From: an uncultured Gammaproteobacteria bacterium
GTDB taxonomy: Bacteria > Patescibacteriota > Patescibacteriia > UBA1558 > 2-01-FULL-52-15
DNA: 64,000 bases
Direction: 5' to 3'
Assembly (NCBI GenBank): GCA_964402565.1
Contig: CAYOCJ010000001.1
Span: 160,079 to 224,078 of the forward strand
The position numbers and the translations under genes were made by a program. The notes beneath the pieces were generated by a model. It was given only the letters and a program-made list of their open reading frames with translations. It did not search any database and was not told the origin of the DNA. Positions 1 through 9,437 of the stretch are shown piece after piece. How positions within the stretch are numbered: the stretch's first letter is position 1; each line of letters opens with the position of its first letter.

Positions 1-1
1 A

Positions 2-157
2 AATACGAAGCCATTAGTGGATGAGAATATTACCGAAGCTCTGCAGAATGGCGTAACAGTCGTACCGTATGTAAAGATAGGGGATGCGACATATGAGGGG
101 CCTCAGACATTAGCAGTATATCGAGCAGCAGTTGATGCAGTGCTAGCCAATAAGTGA
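2..157 (+). CDS. 3' end of a DsbA/thioredoxin-fold protein (truncated by the window start)
   Basis: Manual translation gives ...ALQNGVTVVPYVKIGDATYEGPQTLAVYRAAVDAVLANK*, which resembles the DsbA C-terminal G-V-x-x-x-P...G...G pattern. Confidence 0.55.
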   Translation, partial: NTKPLVDENITEALQNGVTVVPYVKIGDATYEGPQTLAVYRAAVDAVLANK

Positions 158-158
158 T

Positions 159-905
159 ATGAAGAAAAAATTTTTCATTGTATTGATCATACTAAGCCTG
201 ACGGCGACCTTCACAGCTCTGACACCAGCTTATGGAGCTGATGGTGATTGCAACTTTACATCGGCATCGGGCATTTTAGAAGGAAAAAGCGTTTTTAAGT
301 CGCCAGATTGCTCAGCGGCTGATCTTGCGAGGTTTATCAACGATCTCAACACCTTCTTCTACCGCCTTGCGATAGTTCTTGCAGTCCTCATGATCACCAT
401 CGGAGGTCTCCAATGGCTCATGGCCATCGGCAACTCCGGCAAGATCTCAAATGCGAAGGATACGATTCAGCAGGCAGTCATAGGCCTTATTCTAGCCCTC
501 ACCGCAATCCTTCTCTTCAACCAGATAGACACGAGCTTTACGAATTTGAATATCGGCACCATTAATTTGGTACCGCCGAAAGACGCGCCTTGTGAAGCAC
601 GAATGACCGCAGCATTGTGCAATTTTTCATCGCAGTATACTTGTTATTGGGAGCCAAAGGACAAAGATAATTATTTAGGAGCGGGGACCTGCAAACCGAT
701 TAACTGTAATGAAATTACGAAGTGTGAGGATTATCCGCGCAATGAAGCCATTTGCGTTGCAAATAATAACATGGGTATTTGTAACTTAAAACTTCATCAG
801 CAGCGATGTTTGTATACGTTTAAGACCGGCCTGACCTGGACCGATGTATGCCGGACCTACCCATGTTCGACCGCACACCCGGATGACAAACCATGCCCCA
901 AATAG
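159..905 (+). CDS. TrbC/VirB2-like pilin with a Cys-rich C-terminal domain
   Basis: Signal peptide, two-TM core (AIVLAVLMITIGGLQWLMAIGN...AKDTIQQAVIGLIL) typical of CPR pilins, and a Cys-rich tail. Confidence 0.75.
   Translation: MKKKFFIVLIILSLTATFTALTPAYGADGDCNFTSASGILEGKSVFKSPDCSAADLARFINDLNTFFYRLAIVLAVLMITIGGLQWLMAIGNSGKISNAKDTIQQAVIGLILALTAILLFNQIDTSFTNLNIGTINLVPPKDAPCEARMTAALCNFSSQYTCYWEPKDKDNYLGAGTCKPINCNEITKCEDYPRNEAICVANNNMGICNLKLHQQRCLYTFKTGLTWTDVCRTYPCSTAHPDDKPCPK
344..550 (+). repeat. 207-bp exact direct repeat, copy 1 (pilin core)
   Basis: Identical by eye to 1109..1315. Confidence 0.95.
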
Positions 906-914
906 TAATAGCGC

Positions 915-1976
915 ATGCTGATGAAACGAAACATTTTACTTTTCGCAGTCTTACTCACGATTTTTTTCAGCGTTTCTCAAAACGCGTTCGCGGCTGACTC
1001 GAATAAGCCCTGCTTCAGTTCGGCCTCAGGCCTTATTACATCAGGCGGTACGTCGGTCTTCACCAGTGAAAAATGTGATCCGACGGACCTTGTTTCATTC
1101 ATTAATACTCTCAACACCTTCTTCTACCGCCTTGCGATAGTTCTTGCAGTCCTCATGATCACCATCGGAGGTCTCCAATGGCTCATGGCCATCGGCAACT
1201 CCGGCAAGATCTCAAATGCGAAGGATACGATTCAGCAGGCAGTCATAGGCCTTATTCTAGCCCTCACCGCAATCCTTCTCTTCAACCAGATAGACACGAG
1301 CTTTACGAATTTGAAAGCGCCGGCGCTCTCGAGCGATTATGACTTTGTATGCAGTGATATCAAGGACCCTACGACTTGCACTTCGCATCCTGCGCCGGCA
1401 TTCTGTGTATGGTCATGCACTGACCCGGAAGAAATGAAAAAATTAGTTAAGCCGCCGAATAAACCTTGGAGTCCGAAATGGCAGAATCCAAACTGCATTC
1501 CCGGCGTCTGTAATTCATTAGCTGCAGGGGCAAGCCGCGTTTGCACCGAAGGGCTTGCAAAGGCGCAAAATAACCACGGCAGCAATGCGCCGGAACTGAA
1601 TACACTCATCGATTGTGTGAAAAAGACGGCAGTCTGGAGCCTTGTTGATGAGAATAAATTATTCACCTTCGATCAAGATCATAATCTGTGCAACTTTACG
1701 CGCGGAGACGCGACATGCGGTGAAGCCTGCTCGCACAAAAAAAATTCCTGCCATTACGGAGGTAAAACCGGGATCTCAGGCAGCTTAGCGGTCGACTTTA
1801 ATGCCAAAGACTCTACATTGACCGGCGAAAGCATACTGTATCGCAAATTGAATGACATTTCGCAGCAATGCAATTTCGGCTTTATTGTATTTGAGAATTA
1901 TGCAGGCGCGATTCACACCCATGTCAGTACGCAAAATTGCGATTCGGACGGTGAAGCTGACACCAACAAAGGCTAA
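915..1976 (+). CDS. TrbC/VirB2-like pilin fused to a Cys-rich linker and a putative M15-like Zn peptidase domain
   Basis: Same pilin core as 159..905; C-terminal SCHYGG...AVDF...HTHVS resembles the SxH..G.A.D / HxH motif. Confidence 0.7.
   Translation: MLMKRNILLFAVLLTIFFSVSQNAFAADSNKPCFSSASGLITSGGTSVFTSEKCDPTDLVSFINTLNTFFYRLAIVLAVLMITIGGLQWLMAIGNSGKISNAKDTIQQAVIGLILALTAILLFNQIDTSFTNLKAPALSSDYDFVCSDIKDPTTCTSHPAPAFCVWSCTDPEEMKKLVKPPNKPWSPKWQNPNCIPGVCNSLAAGASRVCTEGLAKAQNNHGSNAPELNTLIDCVKKTAVWSLVDENKLFTFDQDHNLCNFTRGDATCGEACSHKKNSCHYGGKTGISGSLAVDFNAKDSTLTGESILYRKLNDISQQCNFGFIVFENYAGAIHTHVSTQNCDSDGEADTNKG
1109..1315 (+). repeat. 207-bp exact direct repeat, copy 2
   Basis: Identical by eye to 344..550. 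Confidence 0.95.
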
Positions 1977-1977
1977 G

Positions 1978-3357
1978 ATGCAAAAAAATACCATGTATGT
2001 CTGTTCGAACTGCGACGCCCAAGCTCCGAAATGGTCTGGGCGCTGTTTAGAATGCGGCAAATGGGGAACTTTGGCTGAGCATGCAAAGCCATTGGCGGCT
2101 GCAAAAGCTGCCCGCGGCGGAATCGCCGCGGGCGGAAAGTCTCGAACAGCCTTTTCCGCGGCTCCTGCCAAAGTGGTCAAGTTCTCTGACCTTGAGCAGG
2201 GGTCCGTGCAGCGTATTTCAGCCAAAGGATTTCCATTCGATGAGATTTTTCCGAACGGTATTGCCTTAGGCAGCCTCACCTTATTGACTGGTGAGCCCGG
2301 ATCGGGTAAATCAACACTTGCCTTGCAGTTGATGCGAACTGTGAGCTCGGAACATCAGGCACTATATGTTTCAGCAGAGGAGTCAGCAGTACAGGTAAAG
2401 GAACGAGCTAACCGCGTAGGTGCATTTGGCCAGCATTTTAGCATTACGGAAAGCACCGATCTTGAAGAGATCATTGCGACATTGCATGTGCAGAGGCCGA
2501 AAGTCGTTTGCATCGATTCATTACAAGCCATTGTGAGTGCAGAAGTCACCGGCGATGCAGGTTCTCTGAATCAAATCCGAGCCGTGACCGCACAACTGTT
2601 AGAACTTGCACGCAGAGAGCAGATTGCGGTTTTATTGATAGGGCATGTGACGAAAGATGGGACGCTTGCAGGGCCAAAATCGCTCGAACATTTGGTTGAC
2701 GCAGTGTATTACCTTGAGGCTGACCATCATAGTGCTTATCGTCTCCTGCGTGTATATAAGAACCGTTACGGCGCTTCAGGGGCGGTCCTGGTTATGCAAA
2801 TGGGCGGGGGAGGCATGACAGCCGTTGCCAATCCTGCAACGATTTTCATTCATAATTTTAGCCCTAAGCCAGGTTCAACACTGACGGTCACTGAAATTGA
2901 TGATCAATTTTTCTTTCTCGAAGTACAAGCCTTGGTCGCGAAAAGCGGCTTTGGTTATGCCAAGCGCACTGCGTCTGGTTTTTCAAAATCGCGTCTAGAG
3001 TTGCTACTCGCGATAATCAAAAAACAATTGCACCTCGATACAGACTTGTATGATATCTATATCAATATTGCCGGAGGCTTTTCAGTGCACGAACCAGCGC
3101 TTGATCTTGCGGTACTGATGAGCATACTCTCAAGCATGAAAGAGCAATCCTTGCCTCCAAAAACAGTAGTCTTTGGTGAGCTTGGTCTTTCAGGAGAGCT
3201 TCGTGTCGTGAAAGACACAGGCGCACGTTTGAAGACCATAGCAGAACATGGATTTAGCACAGTCTACTTCCCGCCGCTTGAGCAGAAAGTACAGAGCAAA
3301 TTAAGTTTACATTCATTTGCCTCTATTACCGAGCTGGTGAAGAAGTTGGGGTGGTAG
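1978..3357 (+). CDS. radA: DNA repair protein RadA/Sms
   Basis: C4 Zn finger CSNC...CLEC, Walker A GEPGSGKST, KNRYG motif and Lon-like C-terminus; ATG 1978 follows the upstream stop. Confidence 0.95.
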   Translation: MQKNTMYVCSNCDAQAPKWSGRCLECGKWGTLAEHAKPLAAAKAARGGIAAGGKSRTAFSAAPAKVVKFSDLEQGSVQRISAKGFPFDEIFPNGIALGSLTLLTGEPGSGKSTLALQLMRTVSSEHQALYVSAEESAVQVKERANRVGAFGQHFSITESTDLEEIIATLHVQRPKVVCIDSLQAIVSAEVTGDAGSLNQIRAVTAQLLELARREQIAVLLIGHVTKDGTLAGPKSLEHLVDAVYYLEADHHSAYRLLRVYKNRYGASGAVLVMQMGGGGMTAVANPATIFIHNFSPKPGSTLTVTEIDDQFFFLEVQALVAKSGFGYAKRTASGFSKSRLELLLAIIKKQLHLDTDLYDIYINIAGGFSVHEPALDLAVLMSILSSMKEQSLPPKTVVFGELGLSGELRVVKDTGARLKTIAEHGFSTVYFPPLEQKVQSKLSLHSFASITELVKKLGW

Positions 3358-3458
3358 TTGTTTGTCGCTTGTGAACACTAAGCATCCTTGCAAAGGATTG
3401 GTTTTTAGCGTATAAGGAAAAGCTATTTGTTCTTACACATTTGAGAAAGGAGAAATCC

Positions 3459-4211
3459 GTGAAACCTCCGTATATCGGCATCACCGGATTCATGCAGAGA
3501 AGCGAAGTTCAGGAGATCCTGAGCGTCGTACCGCCGAAATCGTTGAGCAAGGTGATGATCGGCGTCCTCGCAAGCTCGAAAACGATCCTGGGTCTTCCGA
3601 ACAAATGGCCCAACCGCTATCCCAAACCTGAGGCTTTGGGAGAGATCTTCGTCGACCATCGATCAGCGTTAAATTTGGTGCATTTCAACACAAAGGAACC
3701 AGAACAGCTCTATAGCCAATTGCTCCGAACGCGAGAACTTGCCGGGCCGAATTGTCATGGATTTCAGCTCAACATCGAATGGCCTGACCCAGCTGTTCTC
3801 GAACGGCTACTCAATGAACCGAATCCGCCGGCCATCGTTTTACAGGTTGGTGCCAGTGCTTTCGAAAGTGTTCAGGAATCGCCGATCCTTCTGGCACAGC
3901 GGATCGCACACCAGTACGATCACCTCATCGACTATGTGCTCTTTGACCCGAGTGGCGGATATGGCATGCCGTTCGATCCGGAAGTAGCCATGCACTGTTT
4001 CCGTGAGTTCAAAAAATTCGGCCTGTCGGCAGGCATCGGCGTTGCCGGCGGCTTGAGCCCGGCGACCCTGCACTTGCTTGCGCCTCTGCTCGAGTATTAT
4101 CCGTACATCAGCATCGATGCTGAAGGCCGTTTGCGTGACGAAAGCGATAGTCTCAAGATCGCCCTGTCACAGCGCTACCTGACAGCAGCATTTGCTCTCC
4201 TTGGTCGGTAA
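3459..4211 (+). CDS. TIM-barrel protein, distantly PRAI/TrpF-like, function unknown
   Basis: GFQLN, LFDPSGGYG, GVAGGLSP and IDAEGRLR motifs; GTG start after an AGGAG RBS. Confidence 0.55.
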   Translation: MKPPYIGITGFMQRSEVQEILSVVPPKSLSKVMIGVLASSKTILGLPNKWPNRYPKPEALGEIFVDHRSALNLVHFNTKEPEQLYSQLLRTRELAGPNCHGFQLNIEWPDPAVLERLLNEPNPPAIVLQVGASAFESVQESPILLAQRIAHQYDHLIDYVLFDPSGGYGMPFDPEVAMHCFREFKKFGLSAGIGVAGGLSPATLHLLAPLLEYYPYISIDAEGRLRDESDSLKIALSQRYLTAAFALLGR

Positions 4212-4218
4212 ACGTATG

Positions 4219-4268
4219 CCGCACCCTGAATTTCCTTTGAGAAGGAGGACGGGGTGCGGTGTTTTTTT
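4219..4268. terminator. Intrinsic terminator between convergent genes
   Basis: ccgcaccct...ggggtgcgg stem followed by a T-run. Confidence 0.65.
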
Positions 4269-6322
4269 TATTCCCAGTGCAACCCTACTCGTTCATCAAG
4301 CTTATGGGTTATTGAGTTGTAATATTCTAAATTCGTATCATCTTGCACCAGCTGATCAACATACTTTTTTGCTTTCTCGATCAAGTCAGTATCGCGCAAA
4401 GTCGCTATTTTGAAATTTACGATACCGGATTGTCGACTGCCAAAGACCTCGCCTTCGCCGCGTAGCTTCAGATCAGCCTCAGCGAGCTCAAAGCCATCAT
4501 TACTTTTTGTCAGCAGCTCAAGTCGTTGTTTGGTTGTTTCATTTTTGCTGTCAGTAAAAAGCAAACAATAGGACTGTAAATCATTTCTTCCCACGCGACC
4601 GCGGAATTGATGTAACTGAGCAATGCCGAATCTGTCGGCGCCTTCGATGATCATGACCGTTGCCTGTGGTATATCAATGCCCACTTCGATAACCGAGGTC
4701 GTGACGAGGATGGGGAAGGCGCCGTTCTTGAAATCTTCGAGGATTTTTTTCTTCTGATCTGTTTTTAGCTTACCGTGTAAGTAGCGAAGCTCAAGCTCAG
4801 GGAAAATATCTTTCTGCAGGCGTTCATATTCTGCAAGCACTGACTTGCTTTCACTTCTATCGTTTTCGTTAATGAGAGGACACAGGATAAAAACCTGTTG
4901 TCCTTTTTTGATAAGTCCCTGAATAAAGGTATAGGCTTTTGGCCGATTGGTTTCATCGACAATTTTTGTAATGATTGGTTTTCTGCCCTGCGGCCGCTCT
5001 TTAATATTGGAAACAGCAAGCTCACCATAGAGCGTGAGCGCAAGCGTGCGGGGGATTGGCGTTGCCGTGAGTGAGAGCAGATGCGGCACTATGCTGTCTC
5101 TGCGCATTGAAGTGAGGGTTTTCCGCTGCCCAACGCCGAACCGGTGCTGTTCGTCAACGATCACCAGTCCCAAATTCGGCACATGCAGATCTTTTTGTAT
5201 CAAACTATGTGTTCCGATGGCCAGAAGTATCGTTTCATCGGATAATCCCTCGAGAATTTTTTTGCGGGTCGTTTTTTTGTTTTTATATACGGCGTATTTT
5301 GAGCTTAATAAAGCAATGGGAAGGTTCGGAAGGAGTTTTCGCAGCGTTTCATAATGCTGTAATGCCAAAACCTCGGTGGGCGCCATGAGCGCGCTTTGAT
5401 AGCCCGCAAGTGCTGTGCTTAAAATGCCCATGGCAGCGACGACGGTCTTGCCCGAGCCTACATCGCCTTGTATCAGGCGGTTCATTGGCTCGCTTTTCTC
5501 TAGATCTTGAACAATCTGGTAGCCAGCCTTTCTTTGGTCATCAGTAAGTGTGAAGGGAAGTGTTTTAACCCAATCAGAAATATCCTCTTGTTTGAAGGGG
5601 ATTTGCGGCGCATCATGCTGCTGATAGAAACGTTTGGCATAGCCAACGCCTAATTGAAGCCAGAACAGTTCCTCAAATTTTAAGCGTCGTATCGCCTTCT
5701 CAAGCTTCTCAGGATCATCAGGGAAATGCACTTGTTTCAGGGCATCTGCGAGAAGCGACAGTTTTTCTTTTTGTATCGTTGTGCTCGGAATTTCTTCAGA
5801 AGGGAGTTCAGCGCTTTTGAGAGCTGTCTGTATCAGGAAACGTAGTTGCTTATGGCTGATACCCTCAGTTAATGAATAGTAGGGGATAATGTGAGCAGTG
5901 TGCAGCTGTTCTTCTCTCACTTTTTCATACACCGGATTCGTGAATTCCGGTCCTACTAAACTTATTTTTGCTTTGCCAGAAAGGTATATCTCATCACCAA
6001 CTTTTAATGTCTTACTGATATACGATTGTCCAAACCACACTGCTTTGAGTTCCCCAGTGTCATCTTCCATGCGCAAGTCGGTGATGAACATTCTTTTTTT
6101 GAATGATCGAAATGCTTTCACCGCGATAATTTTTCCACGGACAGTAACGATGGTGTCCGCAGGCACATCCGCGATATGTACGACATTGCGCATGTCTTCA
6201 TAGCGCATGGGTACATACCAAAGCAGGTCAGCAATAGTCTCTATGCCGAGCTTACTCAACCTTGGAGCAGTTTTGCTGCCGATATGATGCAAATTTTTGA
6301 CCGGAGATTCGAGAGGAAGCAT
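4268..6322 (-). CDS. recG: ATP-dependent DNA helicase RecG
   Basis: Wedge domain, QGDVGSGKT, DEQHRFG, TATPIPRTL and QLHQFRGRVGR motifs. Confidence 0.97.
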   Translation of the reverse strand: MLPLESPVKNLHHIGSKTAPRLSKLGIETIADLLWYVPMRYEDMRNVVHIADVPADTIVTVRGKIIAVKAFRSFKKRMFITDLRMEDDTGELKAVWFGQSYISKTLKVGDEIYLSGKAKISLVGPEFTNPVYEKVREEQLHTAHIIPYYSLTEGISHKQLRFLIQTALKSAELPSEEIPSTTIQKEKLSLLADALKQVHFPDDPEKLEKAIRRLKFEELFWLQLGVGYAKRFYQQHDAPQIPFKQEDISDWVKTLPFTLTDDQRKAGYQIVQDLEKSEPMNRLIQGDVGSGKTVVAAMGILSTALAGYQSALMAPTEVLALQHYETLRKLLPNLPIALLSSKYAVYKNKKTTRKKILEGLSDETILLAIGTHSLIQKDLHVPNLGLVIVDEQHRFGVGQRKTLTSMRRDSIVPHLLSLTATPIPRTLALTLYGELAVSNIKERPQGRKPIITKIVDETNRPKAYTFIQGLIKKGQQVFILCPLINENDRSESKSVLAEYERLQKDIFPELELRYLHGKLKTDQKKKILEDFKNGAFPILVTTSVIEVGIDIPQATVMIIEGADRFGIAQLHQFRGRVGRNDLQSYCLLFTDSKNETTKQRLELLTKSNDGFELAEADLKLRGEGEVFGSRQSGIVNFKIATLRDTDLIEKAKKYVDQLVQDDTNLEYYNSITHKLDERVGLHWE

Positions 6323-6344
6323 AGCAGTATTGTACCAGAAGAAA

Positions 6345-6490
6345 TACAAAAGAGCTCTTTGGTAAGAGCCCTTTTGTAAACGTCTACTTATTTGTCGTGA
6401 GTGCAGGTTTCCCCCAAGTATGCGCTTAAGGAATGCCCAAACCCTTTTATTAACTTAGACAAATAGGTAACTTATACGAATATAAGTTGT
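6345..6490 (-). ncRNA. Candidate structured small RNA (6S-like rod?) with its own promoter and terminator
   Basis: Sigma70-like promoter upstream, UUCG hairpin, 12-bp stem, internal bubble, terminal stem and a terminator at 6345..6378. Confidence 0.4.
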
Positions 6491-6494
6491 TTAG

Positions 6495-6523
6495 AGTATA
6501 GCATAACTGCTGGGTCTGTGCAA
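6495..6523 (-). promoter_or_regulatory. Sigma70-type promoter
   Basis: TTGCAC-N17-TATACT with an extended -10 TG on the minus strand. Confidence 0.6.
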
Positions 6524-6560
6524 CGTCATGAACGGTGTAGCTGTGCATAACTATTCAGAC

Positions 6561-7757
6561 TTAGTCTTGCTCTTTGTCCTTACCTTTCAGATCAAGTCCT
6601 ATATCGTTCAACTGCATATTTTCCGGCAAAAGTCTGCGGATTCTTGAGCCGCGCCCCTTATTACCATGACCTGATCCTGAGCCCTCAGTGCTGAGTACTT
6701 CAATAGAAACCTCGGGGTCGTCAGTTGTTACGCTGACTTTCGAGGATTCGTCAGGGACAGTTTGCAGCTCAGGCTTTAGTTGAATATGCGTCTTCGTTTT
6801 AAGTTCTTTTTTTGCGCTGATGACGGTCTTAGCTTCTATCGCCTTTCTCTGTGCTTCCTGGAATAAGACAAATGCGTCGCTGTAATGATCTGTCTTGGTT
6901 GCTTGTTGTGCCTGATCTCGCAATGAGTCTACCTGTTTGAGGTATTGGTCGAGCTGCTGTTTGCTTGAATCGTCTAGTTTTCGATCAGATCGATCGAAGA
7001 GCTTATGCGCTTCTGAAATGGTCTGGTCAGCTTCATGCGCGATCGCATTCGCGGCATTCTTCGTATCTGGCGAAGCGTCATCCGAGACATCATTTGCGAT
7101 CGATTCAATCTCATCGTGGCTGGTCTCGGTGTTTAGTTCTATGGTCGTGAGCAGCTGCTGTGCGTTATCCGGATTCTTGGACTTCTTTGCAAGCTCTTGC
7201 AAGAGGTCAGCATGCGCCTGCAGTGCTGCGGTGAAGCCATTGCTGACGCTTGCGGCCGCTGCGATATTGTCCTGCGCTTTAAGCTCGGTTATGCCTTGAG
7301 CTATGGCGTTCGAATGGTCCTGAATCTGTTCGGAAAGGTCGGTTCCTGCTTCGGCTGTGAAAGAACCCTTGCCGAGCATTTGCTCTGCTTCATTGAGCCT
7401 GCGCTCTACCTTGGCGACTTCCCATTGAGTTTTTGCTTCAGGAGAAACAGCAAGAGCTCCGCGAATCGGCTCCAAGACATTGATCTTGACCGGATAGAGG
7501 ATTCCGCCAGGCAAAGAGTTTTCTGCTGCATAGCTGATGCCGCTGCCAGAAAGTACCAAGAGGATCGCCAGGGCGCCTATCGCGAACGATCTCCGCAGCA
7601 TAATGCTATTGAAGAATAGAAAATCTCCCCGGGAAACGCTTGGCGAGGGGTGGTTTGCTATAAAATCTACGAGTTGTTCACGCAAGGCCAACTGTTCGTG
7701 CTTGGACAAGCTAGCTTCTCGTAATGTTTTTCTGAATTGTCTGAATGAGATCTTCAT
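6561..7757 (-). CDS. Putative anti-sigma factor (DUF5667-like, single TM)
   Basis: Overlaps the ECF sigma stop; TM followed by AAENSLPGGILYPVKI motif and a helical ectodomain. Confidence 0.7.
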   Translation of the reverse strand: MKISFRQFRKTLREASLSKHEQLALREQLVDFIANHPSPSVSRGDFLFFNSIMLRRSFAIGALAILLVLSGSGISYAAENSLPGGILYPVKINVLEPIRGALAVSPEAKTQWEVAKVERRLNEAEQMLGKGSFTAEAGTDLSEQIQDHSNAIAQGITELKAQDNIAAAASVSNGFTAALQAHADLLQELAKKSKNPDNAQQLLTTIELNTETSHDEIESIANDVSDDASPDTKNAANAIAHEADQTISEAHKLFDRSDRKLDDSSKQQLDQYLKQVDSLRDQAQQATKTDHYSDAFVLFQEAQRKAIEAKTVISAKKELKTKTHIQLKPELQTVPDESSKVSVTTDDPEVSIEVLSTEGSGSGHGNKGRGSRIRRLLPENMQLNDIGLDLKGKDKEQD

Positions 7758-8281
7758 ATATTTCCTTTCGGCTTTTCTTGGGATTCGATCGATTCTTGAA
7801 TTTTTTGTTTGGCTCTGTGTATGCGTACTGATATTACGTTTTGGCTCTCTCCGAGGATCTCAGCAATTTCTTTCGGCTTCAGGTCGTTAACATATCTTAG
7901 GATGAATACGTCTTTGTGCTTGTCGTCTAGTTCTTCGATGATCTCGAGTGCTGCCTTGGCATCGATCGATGCGATCATTTTTTCTGAATCATCGCTGGGC
8001 GGGTCGAATCCCTGCTCTTCATGCATCTCGTCAAGCGAGACGGTTTGCCGCTTTCTTGATTCGTCGATGATGAGATTGCGGGCAACCTGGTACAGGAACG
8101 CACGAAGATTTTTTACTTTTTTCCCTTCTATGAGGTATTGCCATGTCCTGGTAAAGATCTCTTGCGTATAGTCCCGTGCGCGTTCATGATTAAAAACCCG
8201 GTAGTACACATATCGAAAGAGTGCACCTGAATACTGGTCATAGGCCTTCAGATAGGCTTTTTCATCAAACATGTGTCGCAT
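7754..8281 (-). CDS. ECF RNA polymerase sigma factor
   Basis: Region 2 (ARDYTQEIF...AFLYQVARNLIID) and region 4 (KEIAEILGESQNVISVRIHRAK). Confidence 0.92.
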   Translation of the reverse strand: MRHMFDEKAYLKAYDQYSGALFRYVYYRVFNHERARDYTQEIFTRTWQYLIEGKKVKNLRAFLYQVARNLIIDESRKRQTVSLDEMHEEQGFDPPSDDSEKMIASIDAKAALEIIEELDDKHKDVFILRYVNDLKPKEIAEILGESQNVISVRIHRAKQKIQESIESQEKPKGNI

Positions 8282-8288
8282 ACTAGAA

Positions 8289-8313
8289 GACGGGGGTTTG
8301 ATTATTTTCTTAC
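8289..8313 (-). promoter_or_regulatory. Putative ECF promoter (autoregulatory)
   Basis: GTAAGA-N15-CGTC just upstream of the ECF start codon. Confidence 0.65.
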
Positions 8314-8469
8314 CGTTAGTGGTCCAAAACAATGTAACTACAGGTCAAATACTTGCGTTTGTCAACCTGAATTACCGGATGCGGAGATTTTCGATGTTTA
8401 TGTTAACCCTTTTGAAAATATGCTATACTTTTTACATTACTTTTAATAAAAAATAAATAGAGCTACAGT

Positions 8470-8907
8470 ATGGTCAAAAAGAAACAGAAGCAGGTGCGCG
8501 CAGTAAAGCCAGTAGTGCCAGCCTTGCATTACTCGATCATCATTGCGCTCGTTATATCTAATATCACCAGTCTTGGCCTTGCATTTCTGATGGCTCAATT
8601 ACTGGGCGTGAGCATGGGCAATATCGCGATCATCGGAGCAACGCAAGGTGTTAATCAGGCGAATGCTCAGGTATTGAGCATGAAACAGAATCAAATGGCG
8701 TATCCTGTCCCGGGTGGGCCTTCCTGTGATGCTCGCTGGGCAGTGTGTTCACAAGCATGTGATGATCAGTATACTGCGGGTATTTATACACCAGGAGGCT
8801 GGAATCGTTGCGAAAAGGACTGCGACCTTCGTTTGCTCAATTGTAATGTAACCGGACAGTGGATGGATGAGATAAAGGTACGAGATACGAAGTTTAAGCC
8901 TGAGTAA
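8470..8907 (+). CDS. Hypothetical membrane-anchored protein with a Cys-rich C-terminus
   Basis: Basic N-terminus, TM segment and six Cys; upstream TGCTATACT -10 box. Confidence 0.65.
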   Translation: MVKKKQKQVRAVKPVVPALHYSIIIALVISNITSLGLAFLMAQLLGVSMGNIAIIGATQGVNQANAQVLSMKQNQMAYPVPGGPSCDARWAVCSQACDDQYTAGIYTPGGWNRCEKDCDLRLLNCNVTGQWMDEIKVRDTKFKPE

Positions 8908-8927
8908 AATTTTTAGTGTATATACAA

Positions 8928-8958
8928 AGCCGGCCCCGTCCTTTGGACGTGGCCGGCT
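8928..8958. terminator. Terminator hairpin between convergent genes
   Basis: agccggccccgtcc-ttt-ggacgtggccggct. Confidence 0.65.
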
Positions 8959-8982
8959 ATTACATTCTAAATAGCTGTGTCC

Positions 8983-9402
8983 CTATTGTCTTGCGTCAAA
9001 CTCCACTGTCCACTCGATACCATACTTATCCCTGAACATCGCAAAATAGGTACCCCAGGGGCTTTGATCCATAGGCATTTCAACCGTGCCTCCTTCCGAA
9101 AGGCCCTTGAAGAGTGTATCGGCTTCTTCTTTAGTTTCTGTGACGATTGCTATCTTGGACCTGTTTTCATTTACACGCCCCATGCTTTCCGGAACATCAT
9201 TGGCAATTAAAATGTTTTTGCCAATAGGTAGCTCAATATGCATAATCTTATTTGCTTCATTTTCTGCTACTTGAAATTCGGGGCTTGCAAGGTCTTTGAA
9301 ACGAATGATCTTCGTAAACTCTCCGCCGAACACTGATTTGTAGAAAGTAAATGCCTCCTCGGCATTTCCATTGAAGTTAATATAGGGATTGATCGTCGCC
9401 AT
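8983..9402 (-). CDS. VOC/PhnB family protein
   Basis: NPYINFNGNAEEAFTFYKSVFGGE...WGTYFAMFRDKYGIEW. Confidence 0.9.
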   Translation of the reverse strand: MATINPYINFNGNAEEAFTFYKSVFGGEFTKIIRFKDLASPEFQVAENEANKIMHIELPIGKNILIANDVPESMGRVNENRSKIAIVTETKEEADTLFKGLSEGGTVEMPMDQSPWGTYFAMFRDKYGIEWTVEFDARQ

Positions 9403-9437
9403 AGTTAGTATTTAATGATAGCTCTACTAATTACTTC

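Noticed and set aside
1852-1977. N-terminal extension of radA in the ORF track
   Set aside because: It overlaps the upstream pilin gene; ATG 1978 directly precedes the Zn finger
6542-6550. DnaA-box-like 9-mers (here, and imperfect ones near 27110 and 36985)
   Set aside because: They are isolated single boxes with no cluster or dnaA nearby, so there is no support for an origin
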